A DNA stretch of 63,858 nucleotides, counting the filler, from Pelomyxa schiedti (taxonomy: Eukaryota > Protista > Evosea): NCBI GenBank assembly GCA_020536535.1. It is 3 parts of 3 records of this genome, joined end to end, with 100 filler letters (N's around TTAATTAATTAA, not from the genome) between each part and the next. Parts side by side here need not be neighbours in the genome. Positions count along the whole stretch, not along the records: positions 1 to 31,489 come from JAHLWZ010000344.1; positions 31,590 to 62,724 come from JAHLWZ010000521.1; 1 more part is not named here. One strand, given 5' to 3'. Numbering within the stretch: position 1 is the stretch's first letter; the number at the start of each line of letters is the position of its first letter. A program made the position numbers and the translations under genes. Shown in pieces: positions 27,368-39,503 of this stretch. The notes below the pieces were generated by a model. That model did no database searches and had not been told where the DNA came from. It was given only the letters and a program-made list of their open reading frames with translations.

Positions 27368-30300
27368 TTACAAGGAATCTGTGGTAGTTGTTGCTGTAGC
27401 TGTTGCAGTTGCAGTTGCATTTGCAGTCGATGTGTGTGTTGACGTGTGGCTCCCAGATAGGCGCTTCGATGGTGTTGATGACCTGTTCCTGCTGCTATCT
27501 GGCCTAGACTTTGTTGTGTGCCTATGGTGGTGCGTGGAATGTGGCGAATTTACTGGCCCCGATGTGGTTCCGGTTGTGTTTGTTGATGACGAGCCTGATG
27601 TAGTTGTTGTGGTTGTGGTTGTAGTTGTGGTTGGAGTGGATGTGGTTGCGGCTGCTGAGTCCCATACTCCGGTCAAAGCTGATATGAATGGAGCAACCTT
27701 TGTTTGACAAGGTTGGTTGGAATCGAAGTGCACAAAAAAAAGACCTTAGGGTTGACGGCAGGTGACAGGCACTCGGCATCAGGCAGAAGGTATACATGTA
27801 CCTTCAAAGTTTGTAAGTTTAAAGGAGGGGTTGGATTCTTCCTTTAACCTGGGTCGGTGGGGCTCCATGTGGATCACAAGAAAGTATGACTACTGGGACA
27901 TTTCCGCCAGGTCCACATATGGCAACCAAGTCGTCACATCTATTCCAGCACACGCTGGACAGAACCTTTGGTAACCCTGATTTGTGTAATACACGACAAA
28001 TCTTGCCATCTTCGCTGGACCATATATACCTGTAATTGTTAGCTTTTAGCTCCTAGGCACTCATACATACAGTTTGCCATCTTCAGCTCCACTGGCTATG
28101 TAACGGCAGTCTGGGCTCCAGCTCGGCCTCACAGGCCAAGTAGGATTAGGCAATCCTGTGTAAACATTTCTTGTGCTCAAAGTCAGCATATCCAACAGAG
28201 AAACGGAGGCCGCAACTCCACGTGACTGAGCTAGCATCATACAGTCATGCGACTCAAGTGTAGAGGCGAGATGAGAAACAGGCTGTGCGTTATATGTCCG
28301 TGTAGTGCGCTTAACCACAAAATTGCCAGTTCCTGATGCGGACGTCTCCTCTCTCCATATTTTGATGTAACCAGCATTATCTCCAGAGGCGAAAGAGACT
28401 GGACTCTTGATAGTGTAAGTACTTGGAGGGCATGTGAAACCACACATTTTCAAAGACGCACAGTGAGGTCACAGGTGAGCTGTGAGATTGTAGAGTTTGT
28501 ACGAGTTCTCCTCTGGGGAATGACCACAGACGTAGAACACAATCTTCAGATCCAGAGATAATAAGGCTTAGAAAGATTAATCAGGAATTTTTTTGGAAGG
28601 GTACTACTCGCGTTTTGAAAATTTTGCACAGAAAACGCGTGCCGGGTGTGCAAGCACAAGTATTGGATCGTTTACTTGGGTAATATTCATCTCTTTTTTC
28701 CACATGTCTTCTTGTTGATATCCCCACACCTGGAGGGTATTCTTTGAGGAAAAAGGATGGGTATTGAAAACACAACTTTGACAGAATTATCTACAGAGGA
28801 AGAAAGGATATGCTTATCATCAGAAGACCATTGCAAATCATTTATGATTTGGGAATGCCCTGACTGGCAGTCAAACTCCCAAGGAAAAAAGAATTTTGGT
28901 GGGCAGACACCTGAGAATTTAACTTGCAATTTCCAACTATGGACATTGTATAAGGCAATGGGGTAAACACCATCCATTATGCATACAATAGCTATATAGT
29001 GACCGTTTCTAGAAAATTGGGCCATGTGGGCACCTCTATTTGAAAATAAAGGGTAAAAAAAAAAAAAAAGACGTTATAAAGATTTACTGGTCTCCAGCAG
29101 TTAAGGTAGTCAGGATAGAGTTAGGCACACTGAAGGGTGTATCGGGCTCTTTCCTCCACTTCACTGGTTAACAAAGGAGAAATAGATAAAACGATAAGAT
29201 ACTTTAGGTATGTCCAAAGCTTCAATTTCTAATTCCGCATGTGGACTACCAAGAAGTGAGAAAGATTGATTTTAGAGACCTACGTTTTTGCTGTAGGAGG
29301 AAGTTCCTCTTCCTTTCTTGGTATATGTTTTGTTTGCAGTGTCACAAAAATTGAAGCTGAGTACTCGGCCTATTAGTTGTAAGTAGGTACAAAAGGTTTG
29401 CGGGCAGAGACTTTATGACTGCTGTTCCAGCATGAAAAAACATCAACTTCAGGACTAGGGTAACTGAACAAGGGTAACTGCATCTATTGTGGGTTTTTTA
29501 TTTGTTACAAAGAAAGGTTTTTGAGGTCATTAATTTTAACCTGTTTGCCAGTTTGAGTTATATCCAAGTCACCTGGAACAAGGCAGGCCCAGGCAATATT
29601 TGTCGTTGAAGTTGAAGAAAGGGACAAGACTTCAAAAAGGAGGACTGCTCTGCCAGAAACAACAGCATCATAATCCAATGCAAATATTATCTCTTCTTCC
29701 CTAAGTTTATGAATAGAGAGCACAAAGAAGAGAAATTAGTACCACAAAGCGAAGTTTCCTGTGGTGGAAGTTGGAAGGGTTCTTACAGCTTTTTGTCCTC
29801 CATCAGGGGAGGATGTGGGAAGATGTGCTCCAACATTAGGATCTGTAGAAGTTAGCACATGAAATAAGCACTCTTAATTACCAAAAAGGTGAACTTGAAC
29901 AAGAAGGGGAATATCAATGGGACTAGGAAGAGGACTTGTTTTGTGCACAAGAATTGAAACAAGATTATTTCTGTGATGCAAAAATGCTGCACTCGTCTGT
30001 CCTGTTGTCAGGGAAAGGGTTTGCATACAGATAGAATAATAAAGCAGTTTACCAAGTGATCGATGGGATGTAGATCCTGCACGTGGTAAATGCCCTGTTG
30101 TCTCTGCTTTACCTTTCCCTTTTTCATCGGTAGTGGTGGTAGTATCTGTAGGTGTGGCTGCTGGTACCAGTTGTTGAAGCTGACCGACTACAGTTGGTGC
30201 CTAGGCTCATAAATGAGTTCAAATCAAAGAGCGCGGCGTTTTCATACATTGGGAAGTATATCCATGCAATTTGTGATATAGGCTTCAAGTATTGGAGAGA

Positions 30301-31338
30301 ATTTTGCCAAAACCTCCAGCATTTTGGGAGTGAATTGCGGAGGTTGAGACACATTCTGAGCAAAAATTATTGCTCTACAAACAGTATCGTAAGTGGAAGG
30401 CAACAAGAAAAGGTATACAGATTTTCAGCTGTCATTTTGTTTACATCAGCATGTCGAGAGATAACAAATAGAAGAGAAACCAGGTATACAAACATCTCCA
30501 AGTTAGTTGGTGGTAACGCATTTACAACATTTAACAAGTGTTCTTTTTCTGGAGAAGTGTGAGCATTTGTCTCCCAAGTTAATTAATCACTCATACCAAC
30601 AGAAGAAATATTCACAATCTGCTCACAGATATTGAATGGAAGAATGGGCTCGGACATTTCCCGTATATAGTATTTAAGTAAGGCCGCGAGTTCATGTGGG
30701 TTGATTGTATCCAAAGGAGGAGCAGTCCCTGAAATTTATCCTTAGTACTGCTCTTTCACAGTTATAAAGCTTGATGTGTTTGTTACCAACCAGCATCTAT
30801 GGAAACCTTCAAGACCTTTGTCTCCCCAGGTGATACACTCAGTCTAAATATTCCCTCCTTCCAAGGACCTGAGTGTTTTTTTTTTTGCTTCCCATTGAAT
30901 AAAAACATACATAGTAACCCCCCCTTCGCCAAAAAACACTGATCTTTTCTTTTCTGGTTCATTGTAAACCTTTCCGGCTCCTTTTTTCTTCAAAAAAGGT
31001 GCTCAGTGAGCCAGCGACCTATCCCGATGGCCTTTTTCTCGTGGCTGCGGCGTTGGTGTGTACTCCTTGTGCTAGTTTGTATGGTATTACCATAGGGGCC
31101 ACACACTCACACATTACTACCACCACCACCGCCACCACAACAGCGGGACAGCAGACGCGAGGTCGTACCACGACGGGGCGGCGGCGTACTCTGGGCCGCC
31201 GGGGTCGTCGATGATGGGGGCGCACGTGGCGCCGACGCCGGCACCGACGGGCGAGGCGCTCGGGGCGACCTTGCCCAAGCTGAGGAGGGTGGCTGAGGCT
31301 CTGCTGGTGGGCGGGGGTACGATTCCCTCCCAGCTCAT
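27368..31338 (-). CDS. RhoGAP domain fused to Jouberin/AHI1-like C2 + WD40 protein
   Basis: RhoGAP motifs EGIFRLSV, HELAALLKYYIREMSEPILP and NKMTAENLAIIFAQN. AHI1-like C2 VSILVHKTSPL..VQVHLFD..WEEEIIF..LLFEVL..IAWA. WD40 FSRNGHYIAIVC..YPIALY, GHSQIINDLQWSSDDKHILSSSVDNSVK, WSPDCRYIASGAEDG. The first exon is approximate. Confidence 0.8.
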
Positions 31339-31533
31339 CCAGTTTTACCTTTTTCCTCTTTTTTTCCTTTTTCTGTTTCTTTTTGGGTTGTGGGTTTTGG
31401 AGGGACCTTTGTCTCCCCAGGTGATACACTCAGTCTAAATATTCCCTCCTTCCAAGGACCTGAGTGTTTTTTTTTTTGCTTCCCATTGANNNNNNNNNNN
31501 NNNNNNNNNNNNNNNNNNNNNNNNNNNNNNNNN

Positions 31534-31545
31534 TTAATTAATTAA
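31534..31545. other. Artificial contig linker TTAATTAATTAA within an N gap
   Basis: Six-frame-stop spacer with 44 Ns on each side. Confidence 0.95.
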
Positions 31546-31589
31546 NNNNNNNNNNNNNNNNNNNNNNNNNNNNNNNNNNNNNNNNNNNN

Positions 31590-31894
31590 TCGCGGATGAG
31601 CCAGCGCAGGCACGAGGTGGCGCCGGCCTCGGCGGCGGCGCGGATCGCGTGGTAGTGGCGCGGGAGGGGCGCCGGCAGCGCCAGGGAGCACACGCGGGGG
31701 ACGAGGGGGAACACGCCCTCGCCGACGGCGAACAGCGTCAGGGCCTCCCGGCGGGTGACGGCGGACAGGGACGGGGGGCGCCCCGGGGGCCGCCGGCGGC
31801 GGCGCGAAGGGAGGAGGAGCCAGGGAAGGACCCAGTTCGCCCTAGGTGTACTGTCGGTCTTGGTTACTGCAGGGGCATCGGCACCAAGCGACAT
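31590..31894 (-). CDS. 5' fragment of a hypothetical protein truncated by the gap
   Basis: ATG at 31894 opens a GC-rich frame ...TLFAVGEGVFPLVPRVC..HAIRAAAEAGATSCLRWLIR that runs into Ns. Confidence 0.4.
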
Positions 31895-31967
31895 AGAAAA
31901 AACTTCCAACCCAAGTTGCTGGTTTCCGCGAAAATGGATCACAAAATTGTTTTTTTTTTGTTTGGCT

Positions 31968-33765
31968 ATGCAACCCCCTGCCTTCACGGCCACGGTGCAC
32001 CCATCATCCAAAAACACAAGCACTACCAGCGGGGATGAGAGTGGTGACAACGTCAGCGGTGGCGACGGCGACGGCGCCGTTGCGAAATTTATGAGACTGC
32101 AGGCGGAAGCCCCTTCGAGGGTGGCTGCTATGATCCATACAATTTCGGATGATGTGCGCTATGGCATTACCTCTCGTCGGCTTTGGTTTTGGTTTTGGTT
32201 TAGATTTTGATTACTTACTAGATACATGCTCCAATTCTGGAAAATGTGGAAATAACTGGAAGGCAGCTTGGTCATGGTGGCTTTGCAGGGGTATGTGGAA
32301 AATTGCCCTGTTTGAAAATCAATCGTCTTAGACATGCCTCATCAGGTTTTCCTGGGTCACTGGACCACATATGGAAATGTGATACCGATTGCTTGCAAAT
32401 TCTTTTCTGAAGGGACTGCAGAAGACTTCAAGAATGAAGTTAAAGTTATTTTTACTTTGAAGGATACAAGTAGGGGAATACTCGAAAATATTACCCAATT
32501 TTTTGGTATGTCAGCACAAACGTGTTAAATTCAAATCCACAAAACAGGCATTTGTGCCAGAGACACCAGTTTGGTTCTGGTAATGGAGAACATACAAACA
32601 ACCCTTCCTTCATATATTGCTTCTCCAGATGCAAAATTGGATTTCGTTGACATCTTAACTGTGTGTGTGAACACACCACGATAATTTTTACACAAAACAG
32701 CAAATTGCTGCGGGGATGGATTACATCTGTTCAAAGCACGTTATACATAGGTTTTTTGTTCACTCCTTCATTTTGATCACAAAGCAACCACAAAGATAGA
32801 GATTTGTGCAGCAAAAATATACTTGTTCTCTACGGCAACGATTGTAAAAAAACATACAAGGTGGGTTCCAATGTTTCCTATTACCATGGCATAACCTGCG
32901 ACAGATAAGTGATATCAGAATATCCTTCCCATATTTTTCCTTCTGTTGTGGAATCCTTAACCCTCCCAACACTTCGGACTCTCAATTCTTTATGATGAAT
33001 ACTTTCCACCTCAGGGAACCGGAGAGGAGGGGAGAGTGGAGGTATCCCAACCCGTGAGACCACTGCCGTACCAAAACAAAGTCAACCCATCTATAACACC
33101 ATTTGAATGTTTACAAAATATCAATGCCATAACGCTCAGCTACGATGTTTGGAGGTATACTCCCTTTCTCACTCCGGAAGCCCCCAAGCACTGACACACT
33201 CAACAGTTATGGAATTGCCATGTGGGAGGTGCCCACCCACTGTCTTTTTCTGTTTTATTCTTTGACTTTAATACATGCAGATATACTCGCGGATGAAAAA
33301 CCCCTTCACAGGGATCAGAAACGACTTTCAATCTCTCCGTGATTTTTGGACACCAGAGACCAAGAGCCTTGAACAACCCCCAGAAATGCCGGACAGTATT
33401 TACTTATTATGCAAATCAGTATCTTGCCTTTTTTTTTTTTTCACCATGCAAAATGACTCGACTAACTACCATCAGTGCTGGGAAAGGAAACCTATAAACA
33501 GGTGCAAAACCCAAACAAACAAACAAGGAAAAAAAAGCTGACCCTTTCCAGAATAACATTCGGGAAGATACGCGAGGTGCTACAGCTCACACAGCAGCAA
33601 AACCACACAAACATAACACCCCAAGCCAGTGGCTACAATACAGACGGCGCCCACATGGATGTCGACCCCGACTGCCCAACTTCCTGCGGCTCCTCCTGCA
33701 CAATCACGCCCCTCAACACACCACCCCCTGCTCCACTCCGACCTCTCCCTAATTACATCCCCTGA
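31968..33765 (+). CDS. Tyrosine-kinase-like protein kinase with a divergent DFG motif
   Basis: Spliced LGHGGFAGV, IACKFF, FKNEV, LVME, QIAAGMDYI, VIHRDLCSKNILV, KISDIRIS, DVWSYGIAMWEI and CWERKPINR. Confidence 0.8.
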
Positions 33766-33820
33766 TTCATAAATTATGCTCAACAGATTTCCACGAAACT
33801 CCTAGCAACAACCAAAGGAA

Positions 33821-34249
33821 ATGAGTGCCGATTCGGTTGTTGGAGCGGCGGCCGTTGCGTTCAACACGGTGGCGATCGCGGAGCGCATCCTCTCGTTCCT
33901 GGGCCGCGAGTCCCCCGCGGGCACATCGATGTACCCGCCGTCTTCGCGTGCTGGCGCTGCACCAGCAGCAAACTCCACGTCGCGCGGACACGTCGAAGGA
34001 CAGACAAGGGAGGAGCGGCTCCGTGCGCTCGGCGACGCCATCGCGGGGTCTGTGCTGGGGCCGTCGGCGTCGTGGTGGGCGTGGGCGGACGTGGCGCGTG
34101 CGTCGGGGACGTGCCGGGCGACCAGGGCCGCCTCGATGTCGCCGTCGGTGTGGCCGACCAACTTGGTGGTGCCCGCCAGGACCCGGGCGTGGTGCCAGCT
34201 GGTGCAGCAGCGGCTGCACCTAACGCACCAGCAGCAGCAGCAGCCCGAG

Positions 34250-34281
<32 letters not shown>

Positions 34282-36100
34282 GCAACACGAGGCCGAGGCC
34301 GAGGCCGAGCCCCCCGCCCAACAACAACAACGACCGGGGAATGATGCCAATGCGACCGCTGCGAGTTCTACTTCGACTTCGACTGCGGCTGCTGAGACTA
34401 GGAGGATGAGGAATCGAGGGGGCAAGATAGGTTGGTGGCTGGGGGGGTGTGAGAGAATATTCGCTGAGATGAAAGTCATTGTTATATCTCGTGTAGTGGT
34501 AGTAACTAATCTGGCAATAGAATGAATTACATGGAATATTAATTTCGTAGTTACGAGACATATGGAGAGGGAGAGAAGGAGCTGTTAGTGCTTTAGGATT
34601 ATTCGCACACCACCCTTAATATTTCCCTGTAGTGGATGAGATAGACGACGATCGTACTCGACCAGCAGATGAAAATAGTGCAACNNNNNNNNNNNNNNNN
34701 NNNNNNNNNNNNNNNNNNNNNNNNNNNNNNNNNNNNNNNNNNNNNNNNNNNNNNNNNNNNNNNNNNNNNNNNNNNNNNNNNNNNGGAGAGGGAGAGAAGG
34801 AGCTGTTAGTGCTTTAGGATTATTCGCACACCACCCTTAATATTTCCCTGTAGTGGATGAGATAGACGACGATCGTACTCGACCAGCAGATGAAAATAGT
34901 GCAACTGTTTTGAGTGTGAGATTTCCAAGGTGTGAGAGTTATTGCACTCACTTCGTTGATTTTTTTGCAGTACGTTCATGTATCCGGTAAATAATTGTGC
35001 CGCCCTGAAAGAGTTGCTGTCATGCATGCAACTTGCACCATCACGCTTCATGCAAGTTGAAAAAGTGTTTCTGGCCAACTATGCCTTTGACGACGAAACT
35101 CTTTTGTACCTTTCTCCTGTGGCAATCTCTTCCTGTTCTCTGATTTAATCGAGGGCATTTGGACAGCTGTTTCCTGCTGTCACGGAACTGCACATCGATG
35201 GGCCCTTTGTGACTGGTCCTGGTTTGATCGCCTTTTCTTCCTCTCATGGCCGCAATATCGAAATAGTGGCAATTGACACGAAGTCTATTGACCAGGTAAT
35301 TCTTTTCATAGTCCACTGTTATTTCCGTTTAATTTTGATGTGTCCCCCCACACAGGAATCTATCTCCACTGCCATGGAGAAACTTTCATCTGTAAAATCT
35401 CTCTTTCTTGAGGGTGAATCATGTGATTATGTGTATTACACTGCCAGTACAGTTTTTACTCAAACTAACGCGTTCAATAAAGAACTCCTGGAATGAAGCA
35501 CTGCCAAAACTGCAGCGTATACCGTACTTATGAAAACAACAAATAACTCACAACCACCACAAGGCCCGTTTTTACACCTCCAGAAACAGTGAATCGAGTT
35601 GCCTGCACCACACTGGGGAGTATTCCGGTTATGGGCATTCTTGCTCCTCTTGGTCTTGTTGTGGGGTATAGTACAGTCTCTACTTTTTTGACTGTAGGTT
35701 TTTTAATTAACACCATTCAGTCCAATACACCGATGTATNNNNNNNNNNNNNNNNNNNNNNNNNNNNNNNNNNNNNNNNNNNNNNNNNNNNNNNNNNNNNN
35801 NNNNNNNNNNNNNNNNNNNNNNNNNNNNNNNNNNNNNNGAGTATTCCGGTTATGGGCATTCTTGCTCCTCTTGGTCTTGTTGTGGGGTATAGTACAGTCT
35901 CTACTTTTTTGACTGTAGGTTTTTTAATTAACACCATTCAGTCCAATACACCGATGTATTTGGTATCTTCAAGCACCCCTGCTCATTCTTCCCTTATCGC
36001 AACACATAAAACCGTAGGGAACACCTGGATGTAAAGAGACACACCACCAGGTTTCAGACCGAAACAGGTCCTCTTCATACCGGCTCTATCCCTCTGAGGT
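33821..36100 (+). CDS. Hypothetical protein, possible F-box-like N-terminus with LRR-like exons (3' end uncertain)
   Basis: GC-rich first exon (IAERILSFL..WADVARASGTCR) and later exon-like segments (LFPAVTELHIDG, LSSVKSLFLEG). Broken by two gaps. Confidence 0.4.
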
Positions 36101-36361
36101 GTTTATGTTTTTTTTCTCTTTTTCATTTTCCATTTCCCCAATGAGACCAAACAAACATATTTCCTACAGCTACTCGCAGTTCCATACCCAATTGTAGAGT
36201 TGTTACCCAAAGTGGAACTGTCTGCAATCTACTCCACTTGTTGCAAAAGACACGTCTTCTGAGTTTAATGGGTGTGGAGATTAACACGATTTAATAGAAC
36301 ACAAAATTGGCTTTTTTTTTATTTTTACAGATAGTTTGGTTGGTAGAAACCAAGTCCATCC

Positions 36362-39013
36362 TCAGGATGGGTTGAGTAAGTTGTGAAGAGGAAGAATTGT
36401 TTTGTGTGGTGGTATTCTTTGTGTCTGTGGTGGGATTTGAATTGGTTGTTGTGATGAAGCTATTGCGGTTGCTCCAGTCATTCTATGTGTCGGGGAAGGT
36501 ATTGATGGTGAGCTTGATGACGAGGGAATTTCCTGCACGGGTTGTGTTTGTATTCTCTTGGAACCTTGTTGCGCTGCAGATGGCTTGTGCCGAGTGGGTG
36601 ATGGAGAGTGGGAGTTGGAGTGTGACCTCACGCCGGGATGTGGAGTTGGTTGCCCTGTGGTGCTGCTGAGTGCTGTTGTTCCTGGTTCTGTGTGATTTGC
36701 GCGTGGTTGCTGCTGCTGCTGTTGCTTCTGAGCTTGAAGAAGCAGTAGTTTACACAACGCAACGCCATCCGGTGACATCGCCAACGCAGAGAGAGCCGCC
36801 GTTTGCAATTGGAGCAAGTCGGGTTCCGCGGGAGGTATCTTTCTCTGGGGAATTGGATTAGTGCTTTCTTCTCGCGGAGGTGTACTCACTCTTTTTTGAC
36901 AGCGGACGTCAGTGCATTCCTCTAAAAACTGTTCAGATTGCGGGCACTGAAGTGACAGGTTTTGACGACGGTGCAGTTCGTTGAGTTCCGTGAGAAGCTG
37001 CAGCCTTTCAGTTGGTGGTGGTATGGTACTATCTGCCGGGACAGAACCGGGAGAGTGTACAGGAGATGGAGAGCAAGACGATGAACCAGATGACGCTGAT
37101 TGTGGGGACGGAGATTCGTAACGATGACGAGACGGGATACGGTTGTGCGAGGGATGAATTGGTGTGCGTTGCTCCAGTGATTGTCTGTGCAACAGGGCTA
37201 GCTGCTTCTCCAGATCCATTTGGTTAAGCATTTGTGCAGCTCCCATGGAACCCAGAGGAAGGGCCCGTTTTAATGGCAAAATTGGCTGCTGCATTGGTAG
37301 AGATATAAGCTGGTTTGTGAGGTCTGCTCGCTCCAACTGCCCTCGGAAGTCAGAGGACTGAACTTGCGAAGCTTTTGCCATTAACTCCTCGAACGATTCA
37401 GAGGGGTTTCTTTGATAACCGTTATTTGGAATGACCAGGAGAAATAACACTACCTTAGCTGGGATGAAAAACTTTCTTTTTGCATGGAGTCATCTGGATT
37501 TGTCGTTGGTTTGCTATGATTTCTATTTGCCCCTCCTCCAGAAGTCTGGGGAGCACGACTTTGTGAGTGAGAAGTGAGGCACTCATTGCTGCAATAGGCA
37601 GGAGTTCTTGGAGTATGGTGTCTTCGCGGCTGCGGTGCCTTTCTTTCAGCAAGGGCGCTAGATGATGAGTACCATTGTGAATGAGGAGAGTGGCGAGTAG
37701 GTGAAGCTGGGGGTGAAGCAGAACAAGTTGGGGAGAGAGGTGGAGAGGGTGTTACTAAGGGGATGGCTGACGTCCCAGAGAGCAAGACTGGTGTTGGTGC
37801 AGTTATAGGGGTCGCAATTCTAGGAAGAGTATCGCGTCGTGGTTGTGAAGAAAGTAATATTTGTATCAATCTGTCTTGAATCTCTGGTGTTAGGCCATCT
37901 GGAGGGGGCTCGACAGTATTTGTGGCGCTAGATTGAGGCTTATTGTGTTGAGGTGAATCCGAGCGTACAGTGGTTTTTGGAGGATAGAACGGTTGTGTTC
38001 CAGAAGTTCGTTCTACAGAGTCTTTCTGTTGGGTCCCCGGATTGTTTGGATTCTTTAGAGAGTTTGAAGGTGGTTTAGCCTTTGGTGGTGGTTTGGGGTT
38101 AACCACAGAACCTGAAGAAGGCTTGGGCTCCTTTGGGGTATCCACTGAAGGCACACTAACACCTTCAGTACCTTTTGTTGGGTTGGTACCGACTACCTGT
38201 GTGTCATTGGGTTTTGAGGTGGAACGCGTAGAATTGACCGAAAGGGATCCGAGACCAGTCCCTGGTGGTCCTTCCATTAAGCCATGCTTGGCGGTGGTCT
38301 TAATGAGTTGACGCTGAATCTCTTGCTTCACATCAACTGGAGCAATGCAAGACAAGGCCTGCAGGAGTGTAATGGCCTCCTGAGCTTTGGCAAGAATGAT
38401 TTCCGGAGTAACAAGTGAAGCCTGTAGAAGCAGAGACCACTGGTGTATTCTCCAGCTAAGATTACGAATCTGAGAACCAGAATCTTGGTCATCACAAAAG
38501 AATTGAAGTAATTGTCAAGAACTCACGTTATCAAGGTAAGGTTGCACTTCAGTCAAGTCGTCAACACCGAGTGCCTCACTCAATTCAGCAGAGTTCGTAG
38601 ACTGCTCTGGCAGAATATCATTTTTCTAGGTGTAAAACAGTCAGATGTGTGCCTTATACCGTATCACGTTACTTCTATCTCAAATTCTTCACACCGTACT
38701 TAATTTACTATTTTAGAAAAAAATTAAATAAAAAAAGTTACGAAGAAACTCGAACCGTAACAAGTGATCCAATACTACATCCACTATTACGCAGTGACCT
38801 AGAAGGTGAACAGCGCTTATCATCACATTCTTCAGCCGCGATCTTGGCGTTTTCCGACACAACACCAGACGGCAGCGATGGTGATGAGGTGGTGCCTGTG
38901 TCGCATTTCCGGGGCCCTTGACGCACCGCAGCCCCCGGAACCGTAGTTGTTATATTTGCATTTGTAGATGGCGTCGTTGGTTGGGCGCTGTTGTTTGGTT
39001 GTTGCTTGTCCAT
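36362..39013 (-). CDS. Large low-complexity hypothetical protein
   Basis: ATG at 39013, short spliced exons, then 301-aa and 362-aa P/S/Q-rich open frames joined by a short intron near 37450. Ends LPLHNLLNPS*. Confidence 0.65.
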
Positions 39014-39503
39014 TTTTTCTCTTTGTCTTGTTTTTGCTTTCGTTTTTTGTTCTTTGTTCTGTTTTCCTGGTGGACAACGGTGTGTAAGGGCGACCGCGAA
39101 GATTTTTTACGGAAAAGTGTTACACTGGAATCGCAACACTTTCGGCCTTCGGGGAACGGGATTCGCGGGGGAGTTAAGTTTTTGCATATGGGGCTTCGGT
39201 GAATCTTCAGATTTAGATTTGATGGGCGTTATGCTAAGGGCGTTCTGGTTCCTGCCCGATGATACAAAGATGGGCATTTGGGGGTGATCAGTTCAGTTGA
39301 TGAGCACAACACAAAAGGAAGAACTCTACGCGGAGGAATGCCGGATGCATTGAGTGGGAGTAAGAAGAAGAATTGAAAGATTTTTTGTGGAATTGATTCC
39401 TGAGAACACTGACAACACACCATCCAGTGACCGGAATCCCCACAATTTCCTTTGTTTGGGATTGTGTATGTACAACCAACAAAGTTGTACATTCCTCATC
39501 ATC

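Noticed and set aside
30813-31489. ~85-bp duplicate of a RhoGAP exon at 31405-31489
   Set aside because: It abuts the gap at a contig end and is most likely misassembly.
31534-31545. Palindromic TTAATTAATTAA (also at 62769)
   Set aside because: Artificial linker; adjacency across it may not be real.
34565-35957. Two more ~120-bp direct repeats around gaps (34565/34785 and 35619/35839)
   Set aside because: Same scaffolding artefact.
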